Shown: one piece after another, positions 1 to 8,655 of the stretch
Layout: the number at the start of each line of letters is the position of its first letter
Position numbering within the stretch: position 1 is the stretch's first letter
Assembly (NCBI GenBank): GCA_045632305.1
Contig: JAZQWL010000033.1
Span: 194 to 64,193, forward strand
From: Eubacteriales bacterium
GTDB lineage: Bacteria; Bacillota; Clostridia; Oscillospirales; CAG-272
Reading direction: 5' to 3'
Length of the DNA stretch: 64,000 nucleotides
The notes under the pieces: generated by a model
What the model saw: the letters and a program-made list of their open reading frames with translations, nothing else
The model's database searches: none
What the model was told of the DNA's origin: nothing
Program-made: the position numbers and the translations under genes

Positions 1-291
1 ATATTTATTGAAAACCTACAAATTGATTATACTCTGTGTCGTACAAATATTATGTCGTATTGCGCGGAAAAACCAAAATCATCCGCTTTTGCGGTAAATT
101 CGCATGTACGACTTAAAAAATCCGTATGAATCGGACGTGAACAGATCCCGCTCAAAAAGGCAAAATCTTCTTTTTAATAACAAAACGGTCAAAAATGTTA
201 TTAATAAAGAAGTCTGAAAATAAAGCCGTAAACTAAATGCGGCAAATTGCATAAATAAGAGGCAGAAATATAATTTTTTTCAAAAAAGATA

Positions 292-320
292 TTGACAAGA
301 TCATATTATTATGATATAAT
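292..320 (+). promoter_or_regulatory. SigA-type promoter of the rpsF-ssb-rpsR operon
   Basis: TTGACA (292-297), 17-nt spacer, TGaTATAAT extended -10 (312-320), about 100 nt upstream of the rpsF ATG. Confidence 0.6.
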
Positions 321-423
321 TCTAAATTGGTACGGTCTGTAAATATTACTGCAGCCGACTCTCTACTGCGCTAAATTTGATCACAGCGCGGTCGTATAAA
401 AGTCCATAGGGAGGTAAAAAAAC
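321..423 (+). promoter_or_regulatory. Structured 5' leader of rpsF, possibly an S6:S18 autoregulatory leader
   Basis: About 100-nt untranslated leader with nested pairing (cgac...tgcgc...gcgcg gtcg) just before the GGGAGG RBS. Family assignment rests on position only; no covariance model was run. Confidence 0.25.
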
Positions 424-789
424 ATGGCATTCAATACTTATGAAACACTGTTCGTTGTAAACGTAACAGCAGGCGAAGAAGCTACAAAGGCTACAACCGA
501 AAAGTTCACAACATTGATTAGCGAAAACTGCGAAGTTCTCAACGTTGCTAACTGGGGCAAGAAGAGACTTGCATACCTTATCAATGATATGAGCGAAGGT
601 GCGTACACAGTTGTAACTTACAAATCCAATCCTTCTTTCATCGCTGAGCTTGAGCGTCTTATGAACATTGATGAATCCGTAATGCGTTCTCTTACAATTA
701 AGCTTGAACACGAGCCCGTATTCAAGGCAGCTGTTGTAGAAGAAGTTGCTGAAGAAGTTGCACCTGTTGAAACAACAGACGCAGAATAA
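424..789 (+). CDS. rpsF: 30S ribosomal protein S6
   Basis: 121-aa ORF with a GGGAGG RBS. The sequence MAFNTYETLFVV...WGKKRLAYLI is typical of S6, and the rpsF-ssb-rpsR order is conserved. Confidence 0.95.
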   Translation: MAFNTYETLFVVNVTAGEEATKATTEKFTTLISENCEVLNVANWGKKRLAYLINDMSEGAYTVVTYKSNPSFIAELERLMNIDESVMRSLTIKLEHEPVFKAAVVEEVAEEVAPVETTDAE

Positions 790-813
790 TTCAGAAGCAA
801 TCGGAGGTATCGC

Positions 814-1260
814 ATGGCAAACTTCAATTTAAATAAGGTCATCCTTGGCGGAAGACTTACCGCTGACCCCGAGCTCAAAACAACTACAAGCGGCATTTCG
901 GTAGTAACATTCTCTATTGCAGTTAACCGCCGCTATTCTAAGGATTCCGCACAGCAGAACGAGACAGACTTTTTCAACGTAACTGCTTGGAGACAGACAG
1001 CTGAGTTTGTTTCCCGTTACTTCAGAAAGGGCTCTTCCATCTGCGTTACAGGTTCTCTCCAGAACAGAAACTGGACAGATCCCCAGGGACAGAAGCATTA
1101 CAGAACAGACATCGTTGCTGATGAAGTAATGTTCGTTGATTCCCGTTCGGATTCCACCGCATCCGCTGACTTCGGCGGCGCGGCACCCGCATACTCCTCT
1201 CCCATGGGAACAGCTCCCAAGTTTGAGGATATCAAGACAGATGACGATCTTCCCTTCTGA
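814..1260 (+). CDS. ssb: Single-stranded DNA-binding protein
   Basis: 148 aa with an OB-fold N-terminus (NKVILGGRLTADPEL), a Gly/Pro-rich linker and the acidic C-terminal tip DDDLPF. Confidence 0.95.
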   Translation: MANFNLNKVILGGRLTADPELKTTTSGISVVTFSIAVNRRYSKDSAQQNETDFFNVTAWRQTAEFVSRYFRKGSSICVTGSLQNRNWTDPQGQKHYRTDIVADEVMFVDSRSDSTASADFGGAAPAYSSPMGTAPKFEDIKTDDDLPF

Positions 1261-1300
1261 GAAGACGTCGAACATTTAAATTTATAGGAGGATTATCAAA

Positions 1301-1552
1301 ATGGATAGAAACGAGAATACTCGTGCAGCAAGACCTGTTGTTCGCAAGAGAAGAAAAGTTTGCATCTTCTGTGCAGATAAGGTTGCATATATCGACTACA
1401 AGGATAGCGCAAAGCTCAGAAAGTTCATCAGCGAGCGCGGCAAGATCCTTCCCAGAAGAATTTCCGGCACATGTGCACTTCACCAGAGAGAGCTTAACAC
1501 AGCTATCAAGCGTGCACGTCAGGCAGCTCTTCTTCCCTACGTTGCTGACTAA
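1301..1552 (+). CDS. rpsR: 30S ribosomal protein S18
   Basis: 83 aa with the motif [17 protein letters not shown]...[20 protein letters not shown], and a GGAGG RBS. Confidence 0.95.
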   Translation: MDRNENTRAARPVVRKRRKVCIFCADKVAYIDYKDSAKLRKFISERGKILPRRISGTCALHQRELNTAIKRARQAALLPYVAD

Positions 1553-1567
1553 TTAAACGTAAAAAAT

Positions 1568-1597
1568 AAAGCAGGCGAATGCCTGCTTTATTTTTTT
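1568..1597 (+). terminator. Rho-independent terminator after rpsR
   Basis: Stem aaagcaggc/gcctgcttt with loop gaat, followed by a T7 run. Confidence 0.8.
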
Positions 1598-1712
1598 GTC
1601 GATTATTTTTTCTTTTTGGGTATTTACTTTTCCGTACATATATGTTATAATATATACGTATGGCTATGCTATCAACACGCAAACCCGCTAAAAATCTACA
1701 TAGGAGATTGAA

Positions 1713-2867
1713 ATGCATAAAAGTTCACTTAAAACCACCGTTTATTTCGGTGACAACGCGCTTACACGACTTTCACAAATTGAATATAAAAACGTATTTA
1801 TCATTGCCGATCCGTTCACCGTTTCAAGCGGTCTTATCCGCACGGTGACAAAGCATCTTGACATTGCTAAAATTTCTTATGAAATATATTCAAACGTAGT
1901 TCCCGATCCTTCCATTGAAAAGGTTGTCGAGGGTGTTACTGCGCTTATGAAGACAAAAGCGCCCTGCATTATTGCAGTTGGCGGCGGCTCCGCTATCGAC
2001 CTGACAAAATGCGTTCGTCAGTATGCCCACAAGATCGACGAGAGCTACTTCCCTTACTTTATCGCAATCCCCACAACAAGCGGCACGGGTAGCGAGGTTA
2101 CTTCCTTTGCAGTTATCACCGATACGGAAAAGCACATAAAGCACGCGCTCGTTGACGATGCTCTTCTTCCCGAGGAAGCAATTCTCGACGTTGATATGGT
2201 GAGAAGTGTTCCTGCAGCAATTACTGCTGACACAGGTATGGACGTTATGACTCACGCGATCGAAGCATACGTTAGCATATACGCAAACGATACGTCCGAT
2301 ATGTACTGCGAAAAAGCAACAGCTCTCTGCAAGAGATACCTTGCACGCTCATACAGATTCCCCGAAACGGGTGAGATCCGCGCAAGAGAAAAGATGCATC
2401 TTGCCTCCAATCTTGCAGGTATCGCATTCAACGCGGTTTCTCTCGGTCTTAACCACGGTATGGCGCACCAGCTCGGCGCGCACTTCCACATTCCTCACGG
2501 ACGCGCGAACGCAATGCTCCTCCCCGTAGTTATCGAATACAATTCAGGCGTAGTTCAGGGTGAAGCTCCCAGAGTTATTCACGACTCTGCCGCAAAATAC
2601 GCTAAGCTTGCCCGCAAGCTCGGCATCGGAAATCCCCAGAACGACGTTGAGTCCATAAACAATCTTCTCTCCATGATCCGCTCCATGCAGAAGGAAATGA
2701 ATATGCCCACACGAGTAAGCGAAGCATGTCCGAACCTTAAGCGCGAGGAGTATATGGCTCAGCTCGACGCTATGACGGATGCAGCGCTCAAGGACAGATG
2801 CACCCCCTCAAATCCGCGTCTTCCCTTAGCAAGAGACGTAAAGAAGATATTCGAAAATCTTTGGTAA
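1713..2867 (+). CDS. Iron-containing (group III) alcohol dehydrogenase
   Basis: 384 aa with the GGGSAIDLTK nucleotide-binding motif and metal-binding His cluster (HGMAHQLGAHFHIPHGRANAML). RBS is AGGAGA. Confidence 0.85.
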   Translation: MHKSSLKTTVYFGDNALTRLSQIEYKNVFIIADPFTVSSGLIRTVTKHLDIAKISYEIYSNVVPDPSIEKVVEGVTALMKTKAPCIIAVGGGSAIDLTKCVRQYAHKIDESYFPYFIAIPTTSGTGSEVTSFAVITDTEKHIKHALVDDALLPEEAILDVDMVRSVPAAITADTGMDVMTHAIEAYVSIYANDTSDMYCEKATALCKRYLARSYRFPETGEIRAREKMHLASNLAGIAFNAVSLGLNHGMAHQLGAHFHIPHGRANAMLLPVVIEYNSGVVQGEAPRVIHDSAAKYAKLARKLGIGNPQNDVESINNLLSMIRSMQKEMNMPTRVSEACPNLKREEYMAQLDAMTDAALKDRCTPSNPRLPLARDVKKIFENLW

Positions 2868-2875
2868 AATTCAAG

Positions 2876-2903
2876 GCAGACGGCATAAGCCGTCTGCTTT
2901 TTT
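2876..2903 (+). terminator. Rho-independent terminator after the alcohol dehydrogenase gene
   Basis: Stem gcagacggc/gccgtctgc with loop ataa, then T6. Confidence 0.8.
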
Positions 2904-2957
2904 CATATATGACTAAAGCTCCGCATACTATTTCTTAAATAATATAAAGGAGCATAT

Positions 2958-3695
2958 ATGAAGCTAAAAAACTCTTTTGCATTCAAGTTCTTTATTTTCA
3001 CGGTTGTTTTCACTCTCATTCTACTGATAATCATGCATTTCTTCCCGAGTCAAAAGCAAAAAAACGACTCGCCCGCCTCCGCCGTCCCTGAACCAAAATA
3101 TACAACAGTTATACTCGACGCAGGACATGGCGGTGAGGACGGCGGAACTCAAACACCGTCGGGCACTCTTGAAAAAAATCTCAATCTCAAAATTTCCGAG
3201 CTTATAAAAAAAGAGCTTGAAAACATGGGGATCAAGGTAGTAATGACGCGCACGGAGGATAAGCTTTTGTACGACACGAGCGTAAATTATAAGGGGCAAA
3301 AGAAAAAGCTCGACGCTGCGGCGCGCATAAAAATCTCCGAAGATAATCCAAATTCAATTTTCGTAAGCATTCACATGAATTCCTACGTCGATCCCAAATA
3401 TTCGGGACTGCAGGTGTGGTACACGTCTCAAAATCCCGATTCCGAACCACTTGCGAAAACAATTCAGGAGCGAAACAACTCCATTTTTCAAAAGAATAAC
3501 AAGCGACAGATAAAGCCCGTCGGGGACAACATTTATCTTCTAAATCAAATTAAATCCCCAGCCGTGCTTATCGAATGCGGATTTCTCTCAAACCCGCTTG
3601 AAGCTGAACGCCTGTGTGACTCGGGGTATCAGATCGCTCTTTCTAAGAGTATTGCAGAATCAATTTCCGAATATATTAAAAATGCGCAAAGCTAA
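2958..3695 (+). CDS. cwlD: N-acetylmuramoyl-L-alanine amidase, CwlD-like (Amidase_3)
   Basis: 245 aa with an N-terminal TM/signal anchor, then ILDAGHGGEDGG...SIHMNS...ECGFLSN, typical of CwlD-type germination amidases. Confidence 0.75.
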   Translation: MKLKNSFAFKFFIFTVVFTLILLIIMHFFPSQKQKNDSPASAVPEPKYTTVILDAGHGGEDGGTQTPSGTLEKNLNLKISELIKKELENMGIKVVMTRTEDKLLYDTSVNYKGQKKKLDAAARIKISEDNPNSIFVSIHMNSYVDPKYSGLQVWYTSQNPDSEPLAKTIQERNNSIFQKNNKRQIKPVGDNIYLLNQIKSPAVLIECGFLSNPLEAERLCDSGYQIALSKSIAESISEYIKNAQS

Positions 3696-3712
3696 GCTTT
3701 GCGCATTTTTAT
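3681..3712. terminator. Bidirectional terminator shared by convergent cwlD and the rluA-family gene
   Basis: 12-bp stem aatgcgcaaagc/gctttgcgcatt flanked by an A-run and a T-run. It overlaps both stop codons. Confidence 0.7.
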
Positions 3713-4386
3713 TTAAAAAGATTCCACGGATATCGATCATTCGGCTTACATTCAACCTCAATTTGTTTATTCAATATAGGGTGCATAAATCTGCATCTGT
3801 ATGAATGAAGCGCGGCTGAGCAGCCGTTATCACGGGAGCCGTATTTACCGTCACCCGCAAGAGCATGTCCACGGGACGCAAACTGTACTCTTATCTGATG
3901 CGTTCTTCCAGTTACCAAATGCACGGACACAAGACTTCTATCATCGCCCTTGGTGTTTTTTGCCACTGCGAGCGTCTTATACTCAAGGATCGCAGACTTC
4001 GATCCCCGTCTCTCACCCTTAACCACAAATGACTTATTTTTCATTTTGTCGTGGTACAAAAAGTCGGAAAGTATAACAAATCCGGTTTCATTTTTTTCAC
4101 ATTCATCAAACGGAACGATGCCCTCGCAAACCGCCAAGTATTCCTTATAATACTCACCGTTTGCAACAAGCTCGGAAAGCTTGCCCGTGTATTTTTTGTC
4201 CTTTGAATACATTAAAATTCCACTGGTTGTAGTATCGAGTCTATGCACTACGCCAATATAGTCAAGCGAGCTTTTTTCTCGTAACATTTTCGGCATGCAC
4301 TCGCCATCTGCGTCCTGCGAAATCACACCACACGGTTTATTTACAAGTATTAAATATTTATCCTCATAAAGAATTTCGAAATCCAT
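3709..4386 (-). CDS. RluA-family 23S/tRNA pseudouridine synthase
   Basis: 225 aa with the catalytic HRLDTTTSG motif and the TGRTHQIRVQFA motif. Confidence 0.85.
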   Translation of the reverse strand: MDFEILYEDKYLILVNKPCGVISQDADGECMPKMLREKSSLDYIGVVHRLDTTTSGILMYSKDKKYTGKLSELVANGEYYKEYLAVCEGIVPFDECEKNETGFVILSDFLYHDKMKNKSFVVKGERRGSKSAILEYKTLAVAKNTKGDDRSLVSVHLVTGRTHQIRVQFASRGHALAGDGKYGSRDNGCSAALHSYRCRFMHPILNKQIEVECKPNDRYPWNLFK

Positions 4387-4400
4387 AATAACCTACCTAA

Positions 4401-4433
4401 GAGAAAAGAGGACGCATACTGCATCCTCTTTTT
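4401..4433 (-). terminator. Rho-independent terminator after rpmA
   Basis: On the minus strand the stem is gaggatgca/tgcgtcctc (one G-U pair), followed by cttttctctt. Confidence 0.7.
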
Positions 4434-4443
4434 GTTACATAAA

Positions 4444-4719
4444 TCAGTCAGCGTATACGCTAACCTGCTTTCTGCCTGCCTTCTGCTCAAACTTAACCTT
4501 ACCGTCAATAAGCGCGAAGAGTGTATCATCCTTACCGATACCAACGTTGTTACCGGGGCGGATAGCTGTGCCTCTCTGTCTAACAAGGATGTTACCAGCG
4601 AGAACTGCCTGACCGTCTGCTCTCTTTGTGCCGAGACGCTTGGATTCAGAATCACGACCGTTCTTTGTAGAACCTACGCCCTTCTTATGAGCAAAGAACT
4701 GTAAACTAAGCTTTACCAT
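4444..4719 (-). CDS. rpmA: 50S ribosomal protein L27 with a cleavable N-terminal propeptide
   Basis: The track ORF starts at a TTG. The ATG at 4719 has a GGAGG RBS and gives [24 protein letters not shown], the Firmicute L27 pro-sequence cut by Prp. Confidence 0.95.
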   Translation of the reverse strand: MVKLSLQFFAHKKGVGSTKNGRDSESKRLGTKRADGQAVLAGNILVRQRGTAIRPGNNVGIGKDDTLFALIDGKVKFEQKAGRKQVSVYAD

Positions 4720-4755
4720 TATCTTTACCTCCAAAAATTTTAATGTGCGCGACGT

Positions 4756-5121
4756 TTATACGTCGTCGTAGGGTTTGTCAACTACCGTAAGATCAAGGTA
4801 GTCGTAGTATTCGTCCATCATATCTTCGATCTGCTTGTAATAAGCTAAGAAAATACCGGATACTGCGTATCTCTTGAGTTCGTCCTCCTCGAATTCGGGA
4901 AGCGCGGACTTGGACTTAATGCGGATGTCAGTAGTTTTCTCATCGATCGTATAATCAATGTGAGAATCGTAAGCGACCTCAACCGTATTGATTATAAGCA
5001 TTGTCATTGCGGATAACGCCGCGCAAAGCACGTCGTCGCCCTCCTCACCGTATCCGGTGTGACCCTGCTCCTTGAAACCGTAGAAAACTCCACCGCTTCT
5101 GTAAAAAACGAGTTTAGTCAT
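4756..5121 (-). CDS. prp: Ribosomal-processing cysteine protease Prp
   Basis: 121 aa containing GHTGYGEEGDDVLCAALS (His/Cys dyad). It sits between rplU and rpmA, as in other Firmicutes. Confidence 0.9.
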   Translation of the reverse strand: MTKLVFYRSGGVFYGFKEQGHTGYGEEGDDVLCAALSAMTMLIINTVEVAYDSHIDYTIDEKTTDIRIKSKSALPEFEEDELKRYAVSGIFLAYYKQIEDMMDEYYDYLDLTVVDKPYDDV

Positions 5122-5139
5122 ATTAAACCACTCTCAGAA

Positions 5140-5448
5140 TCAGCCAACGATAGATGTGATCTGAATCTTTGTGTAGGGCTGTCTGTGACCCATCTTCTTC
5201 TTCTCGTTCTTCTTGGACTTGTACTTCATTACGTAGATCTTCTTGCCCTTGCCGTTCTTAACAACAACGCCCTTAACGCTTGCACCCTCTACTGTGGGAG
5301 TACCTGCCTTAAAGCCCGCTTCTGTTGACAATGCAACAACATCAAATGTAACTTCTTCACCCTCAGCGCAGTTAAGCTTTTCAACAAAGATAATATCCTG
5401 CTCTGTAACTTTGTACTGCTTTCCGCCGGTTGTAATAATTGCGAACAC
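5140..5448 (-). CDS. rplU: 50S ribosomal protein L21
   Basis: The GTG at 5448 lies 7 nt after GAGG and gives MFAIITTGGKQYKV. The upstream GTG at 5457 used by the track abuts the RBS. Confidence 0.9.
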   Translation of the reverse strand: MFAIITTGGKQYKVTEQDIIFVEKLNCAEGEEVTFDVVALSTEAGFKAGTPTVEGASVKGVVVKNGKGKKIYVMKYKSKKNEKKKMGHRQPYTKIQITSIVG

Positions 5449-5457
5449 GAAAAGCAC

Positions 5458-5538
5458 CTCTCTTTCATATAAGTCTCGCTAAACAATGGCGGTGTCATAT
5501 AGGCACACTTAAAAAAGCCATTTTTACGCGGCATTCCT
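5458..5538 (-). promoter_or_regulatory. Structured 5' leader of rplU, candidate L21-leader-like element
   Basis: The minus-strand leader has nested stems AATGGC...GCCATT enclosing GTGT...ACAC. The L21-leader assignment comes from its position upstream of rplU in a Firmicute and is not model-verified. Confidence 0.3.
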
Positions 5539-5567
5539 ATTATACCATTCAAGTTTGATTTTGTCAA
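5539..5567 (-). promoter_or_regulatory. SigA-type promoter of rplU-prp-rpmA
   Basis: Minus strand reads TTGACA, 17 nt, TATAAT, preceded by TGg (extended -10). Confidence 0.6.
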
Positions 5568-5627
5568 TAGATTTTTTGCATTTTTTACAAATTTATATAA
5601 ACTTTTTTGGGTATTTTCCCCGATTTA

Positions 5628-5656
5628 TTGACACGCGCCATTTTTTAGTATATAAT
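5628..5656 (+). promoter_or_regulatory. SigA-type promoter of the ROK-like regulator gene
   Basis: TTGACA (5628-5633), 17-nt spacer, TATAAT (5651-5656). Confidence 0.55.
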
Positions 5657-5688
5657 AATGTAGAAAAACGTATGAAAGGCGAGACGTC

Positions 5689-6663
5689 ATGCAACAATTC
5701 AAGCACTACTCCTCACTGCCGCGAATAAAATCGGCAAATGCCGAGATGATATCTAAGGCAATACTGAATATAAAATCCCCCACGCGTGGGGACGTTTCAA
5801 AGCGCGCAGGCGTCACGGAAATGACGGTCTGCAGAGCTATGGCAAAGCTTGTCGACGCGGACTTTGTTCTTGAGCGTAAACCGAAAAATCAACCTCACGG
5901 CTCTGCCGTAATTTCAGTGGCGACCGATCTGAAATTTATAGTTATTCATCTTTCGCTTGACGAATTTACGGCGTATTTGTTGAATTCAAATCACAAAACG
6001 GTTGAAAAATTCTCTTACTCGTTCAATCACTCGCTTGACCCGTCCGACAACCTTTCAATATTTCTTGAACGCGCCAAGGATCAATTTTCAAGGAAAAATA
6101 ATTATTTCAGCTCAATAGGACTCGTAATCGACGACGGCTTTTCCGGTGTCGAAGTCGCAAAAGCTGCAATAAACGAAAGCTTCGGCGCACCCGCGGACGT
6201 AATACTTGGAATTCCCGATTGCCTTATGAACCTGAGCGCCTCAGCGATCGATTCCCACTTCCCGACCGAAAATCTCTATTACCTCAATTTAGGCAAAAGA
6301 AACCTCGCATACTTTATAACCGATAGCTTTTACATAAAAAGCTCACCTCGATCCCTCACCTGCGCGGACGGAAGAAAGCTCGAAGAAAAGCTCGACAGTT
6401 GTATCAGTGCTGATCAGCTTTATGAAGTGATCCTCAGTGTGGTAAATTCCGCATCCGCTATTCTCGACGCTAAGCTCTTCCTTATCGAATCCGACCGTTT
6501 TATTCTGGGCAATAATATTGGATTCTCGGTCGCAGAAAAGCTCAAGCTCAAATTTGGCGAGCGAAGAAAAATGTTCGTCTCCGACACTCAACCGCCGTTT
6601 TATATAAAAGGCGCATCAATTGCGCTTCAAAAGACGGTCATCAAAAGCATTCTCGAAAAATAA
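5689..6663 (+). CDS. Putative winged-helix transcriptional regulator with a degenerate ROK/ASKHA-like C-terminal domain
   Basis: 324 aa with an N-terminal wHTH-like segment (RGDVSKRAGVTEMTVCRAMAKLVDADFV). The remainder has ROK-repressor-like spacing, but I cannot see a DxGxT phosphate motif or a Cys-rich zinc motif. Confidence 0.4.
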   Translation: MQQFKHYSSLPRIKSANAEMISKAILNIKSPTRGDVSKRAGVTEMTVCRAMAKLVDADFVLERKPKNQPHGSAVISVATDLKFIVIHLSLDEFTAYLLNSNHKTVEKFSYSFNHSLDPSDNLSIFLERAKDQFSRKNNYFSSIGLVIDDGFSGVEVAKAAINESFGAPADVILGIPDCLMNLSASAIDSHFPTENLYYLNLGKRNLAYFITDSFYIKSSPRSLTCADGRKLEEKLDSCISADQLYEVILSVVNSASAILDAKLFLIESDRFILGNNIGFSVAEKLKLKFGERRKMFVSDTQPPFYIKGASIALQKTVIKSILEK

Positions 6664-6691
6664 AATACGCGGTATTCATACCGCGATCAAT

Positions 6692-6724
6692 AAAAAAGGG
6701 CTTCGCAACAGCGAAGCCCTTTTT
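6692..6724. terminator. Bidirectional terminator between convergent genes
   Basis: Stem gggcttcgc/gcgaagccc with loop aaca, flanked by A6 and T5. Confidence 0.8.
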
Positions 6725-6733
6725 ATGTAGAAA

Positions 6734-7141
6734 TTAAAGATACTTCTTTACTACGTCGCTTGCTTCTTCACAAGGAATGGAGGAAGTCATAACGATGTTA
6801 ACGCCAACCTTTTCGGAAAGCTCGTCAACCTTCTTTATGAATTCATCGAACTTTGCAATTTCGTTATTAGCGATCTTAAGAGCAGAGTCAACGAAAACGT
6901 CTGTAACGTCGTGGTTGGATGCAAGAATACCTGCGATGAAGCCGTAGAGAGCTTCACAGTCGAAAATGAGGTATTCGTTTGTATTTATAAGTCTTACGGT
7001 GTGCTTAACGTCAAAGCGGAGACCTGTGCCCTTTTCGATACATACAACAGTACCCTTAGAAGATTCAGCTGCTTCGTTAACGACATTGATAAGCGTCTTT
7101 GTCTTACCTGTACCCTTAACACCGATAATTAATTTAACCAT
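6734..7141 (-). CDS. Small stand-alone P-loop NTPase of unknown function
   Basis: 135 aa with Walker A GVKGTGKTKT at residues 7-16 and a candidate Walker B VTDVFVDSA. It has a strong AAGGAGG RBS, and I recognise no other domain. Confidence 0.5.
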   Translation of the reverse strand: MVKLIIGVKGTGKTKTLINVVNEAAESSKGTVVCIEKGTGLRFDVKHTVRLINTNEYLIFDCEALYGFIAGILASNHDVTDVFVDSALKIANNEIAKFDEFIKKVDELSEKVGVNIVMTSSIPCEEASDVVKKYL

Positions 7142-7287
7142 AATAAACCTCCTTAGCGCTCTCGCGCTTTTTGTTTTTAATGCTATAAAAATAATAAATT
7201 ATTTTCTATATGACAATTATACCATATAATTTCAGTTTTTTCAAGTGGGTTTTGTTAAAAAAATACTCATTTTTGCACTTTTTTCAC

Positions 7288-8622
7288 TTAAAGACGAGCT
7301 TCGAGCGCCGCCTTCATATCTTCATAGCCGGGCTTACCGAGAAGAGCGAACATATTCTTCTTGTACGCCTCTACGCCGGGCTGGTTGAAGGGGTTAACTC
7401 CGAGCATATAGCCCGAGATAGCGCAAGCAACCTCGAAGAAGTAAATGAGATAACCGAGGGAGTATTCGTCTCTGCCCGCCATCTCGATAAGGATATTGGG
7501 AACTCCGCCGTCAACGTGCGCGAGAAGTGTTCCCTGCATTGCGGTCTTCTTAACCTTATTCAAATCAACGCCCGAGAGGAAGTTGAGTCCGTCAATATTC
7601 TGAGGATCATGAGGGATCTTGAATTCAACGCCGCCGTCATCAATAGCAACCACAGTTTCGAAAAGATTTCTCATACCGTCCTGAATGTACTGACCAAGTG
7701 AATGAAGGTCTGTCGAGAAAATTACGGACGCGGGGAAAATACCCTTCTGGTCCTTACCTTCACTTTCACCGTAAAGCTGCTTCCACCATTCGTTCATCAT
7801 TCTCTGGTAGGACTCGTAGCCAACGAGAATTTCAGTAACCTTGCCCTTGCGGTAAAGAATATTTCTCATAGCCGCATACTTGTAAGCCGCGTTTACGTCA
7901 ATATCGGGATTGGAATATTCAACCATAGCGTCATACGCGCCGCCCATAAGCTTATCAATATCAATTCCCGCAACTGCGATAGGAAGAAGTCCTACGGCTG
8001 TGAGAACGGAGAATCTGCCGCCTACGTCGTCCGGGACCACGAAGGTTTCGTATCCCGCAGCATCGGAGAAGGACTTGAGCGTGCCTCTCGCCTTATCCGT
8101 TGTAACGAAAATTCTCTCTCTTGCGCCGTCCTTACCGTACTTTTTCTCAAGTATTTCACGGAAAACTCTGAATGCAACTGCGGGCTCGGTGGTTGTACCG
8201 GACTTTGAAATTACGTTGATGCAAACGTCTCTGCCCTCGCAAATTTCAACAAGCTCGGAAATAGAAGCCGCGGAAATATCACAGCCCGCAAAATAAATAT
8301 CGGGAGTGTCCTTCTTTACGTTATTATAATTGGGGGACTTCAAGAAATCGATTACCGCGCGAGCGCCAAGATAGGAGCCGCCGATACCGATAGCAATAAA
8401 CACGTCACAGCTACGCTTGATTTTTTCAGCCGCGACCTTGATTCTTGCGAATTCTTCCTTGTCATAATCTGACGGAAGAGTTGTCCAACCGAGGAAGTCC
8501 GAGCCCGCTCCGCTCTTGCTTGTAAGCATTTCGTGAGCCATAGCCACCTCGCGCTTTATACCCTCGTATTCATGCTCCGCTACAAAACCTGATAAATACT
8601 TATCCAAAATCTTAATTGCCAT
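7288..8622 (-). CDS. pgi: Glucose-6-phosphate isomerase
   Basis: 444 aa of the Firmicute-type short PGI (...[12 protein letters not shown]...[10 protein letters not shown]...ESEGKD...). Confidence 0.93.
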   Translation of the reverse strand: MAIKILDKYLSGFVAEHEYEGIKREVAMAHEMLTSKSGAGSDFLGWTTLPSDYDKEEFARIKVAAEKIKRSCDVFIAIGIGGSYLGARAVIDFLKSPNYNNVKKDTPDIYFAGCDISAASISELVEICEGRDVCINVISKSGTTTEPAVAFRVFREILEKKYGKDGARERIFVTTDKARGTLKSFSDAAGYETFVVPDDVGGRFSVLTAVGLLPIAVAGIDIDKLMGGAYDAMVEYSNPDIDVNAAYKYAAMRNILYRKGKVTEILVGYESYQRMMNEWWKQLYGESEGKDQKGIFPASVIFSTDLHSLGQYIQDGMRNLFETVVAIDDGGVEFKIPHDPQNIDGLNFLSGVDLNKVKKTAMQGTLLAHVDGGVPNILIEMAGRDEYSLGYLIYFFEVACAISGYMLGVNPFNQPGVEAYKKNMFALLGKPGYEDMKAALEARL

Positions 8623-8655
8623 AATTATACCTCACTGATTTATTTTATTTGAAAA

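Noticed and set aside
25-115. Repeated GTCGTAC-type words near the window start (tgtcgtaca, tgtcgtat and the inverted tgtacgac) plus a small ccgc-tttt-gcgg hairpin.
   Set aside because: The elements are short and lie at the window edge with no upstream context. No ORF or recognisable RNA family is present. The evidence is too weak to call a regulatory element or sRNA.
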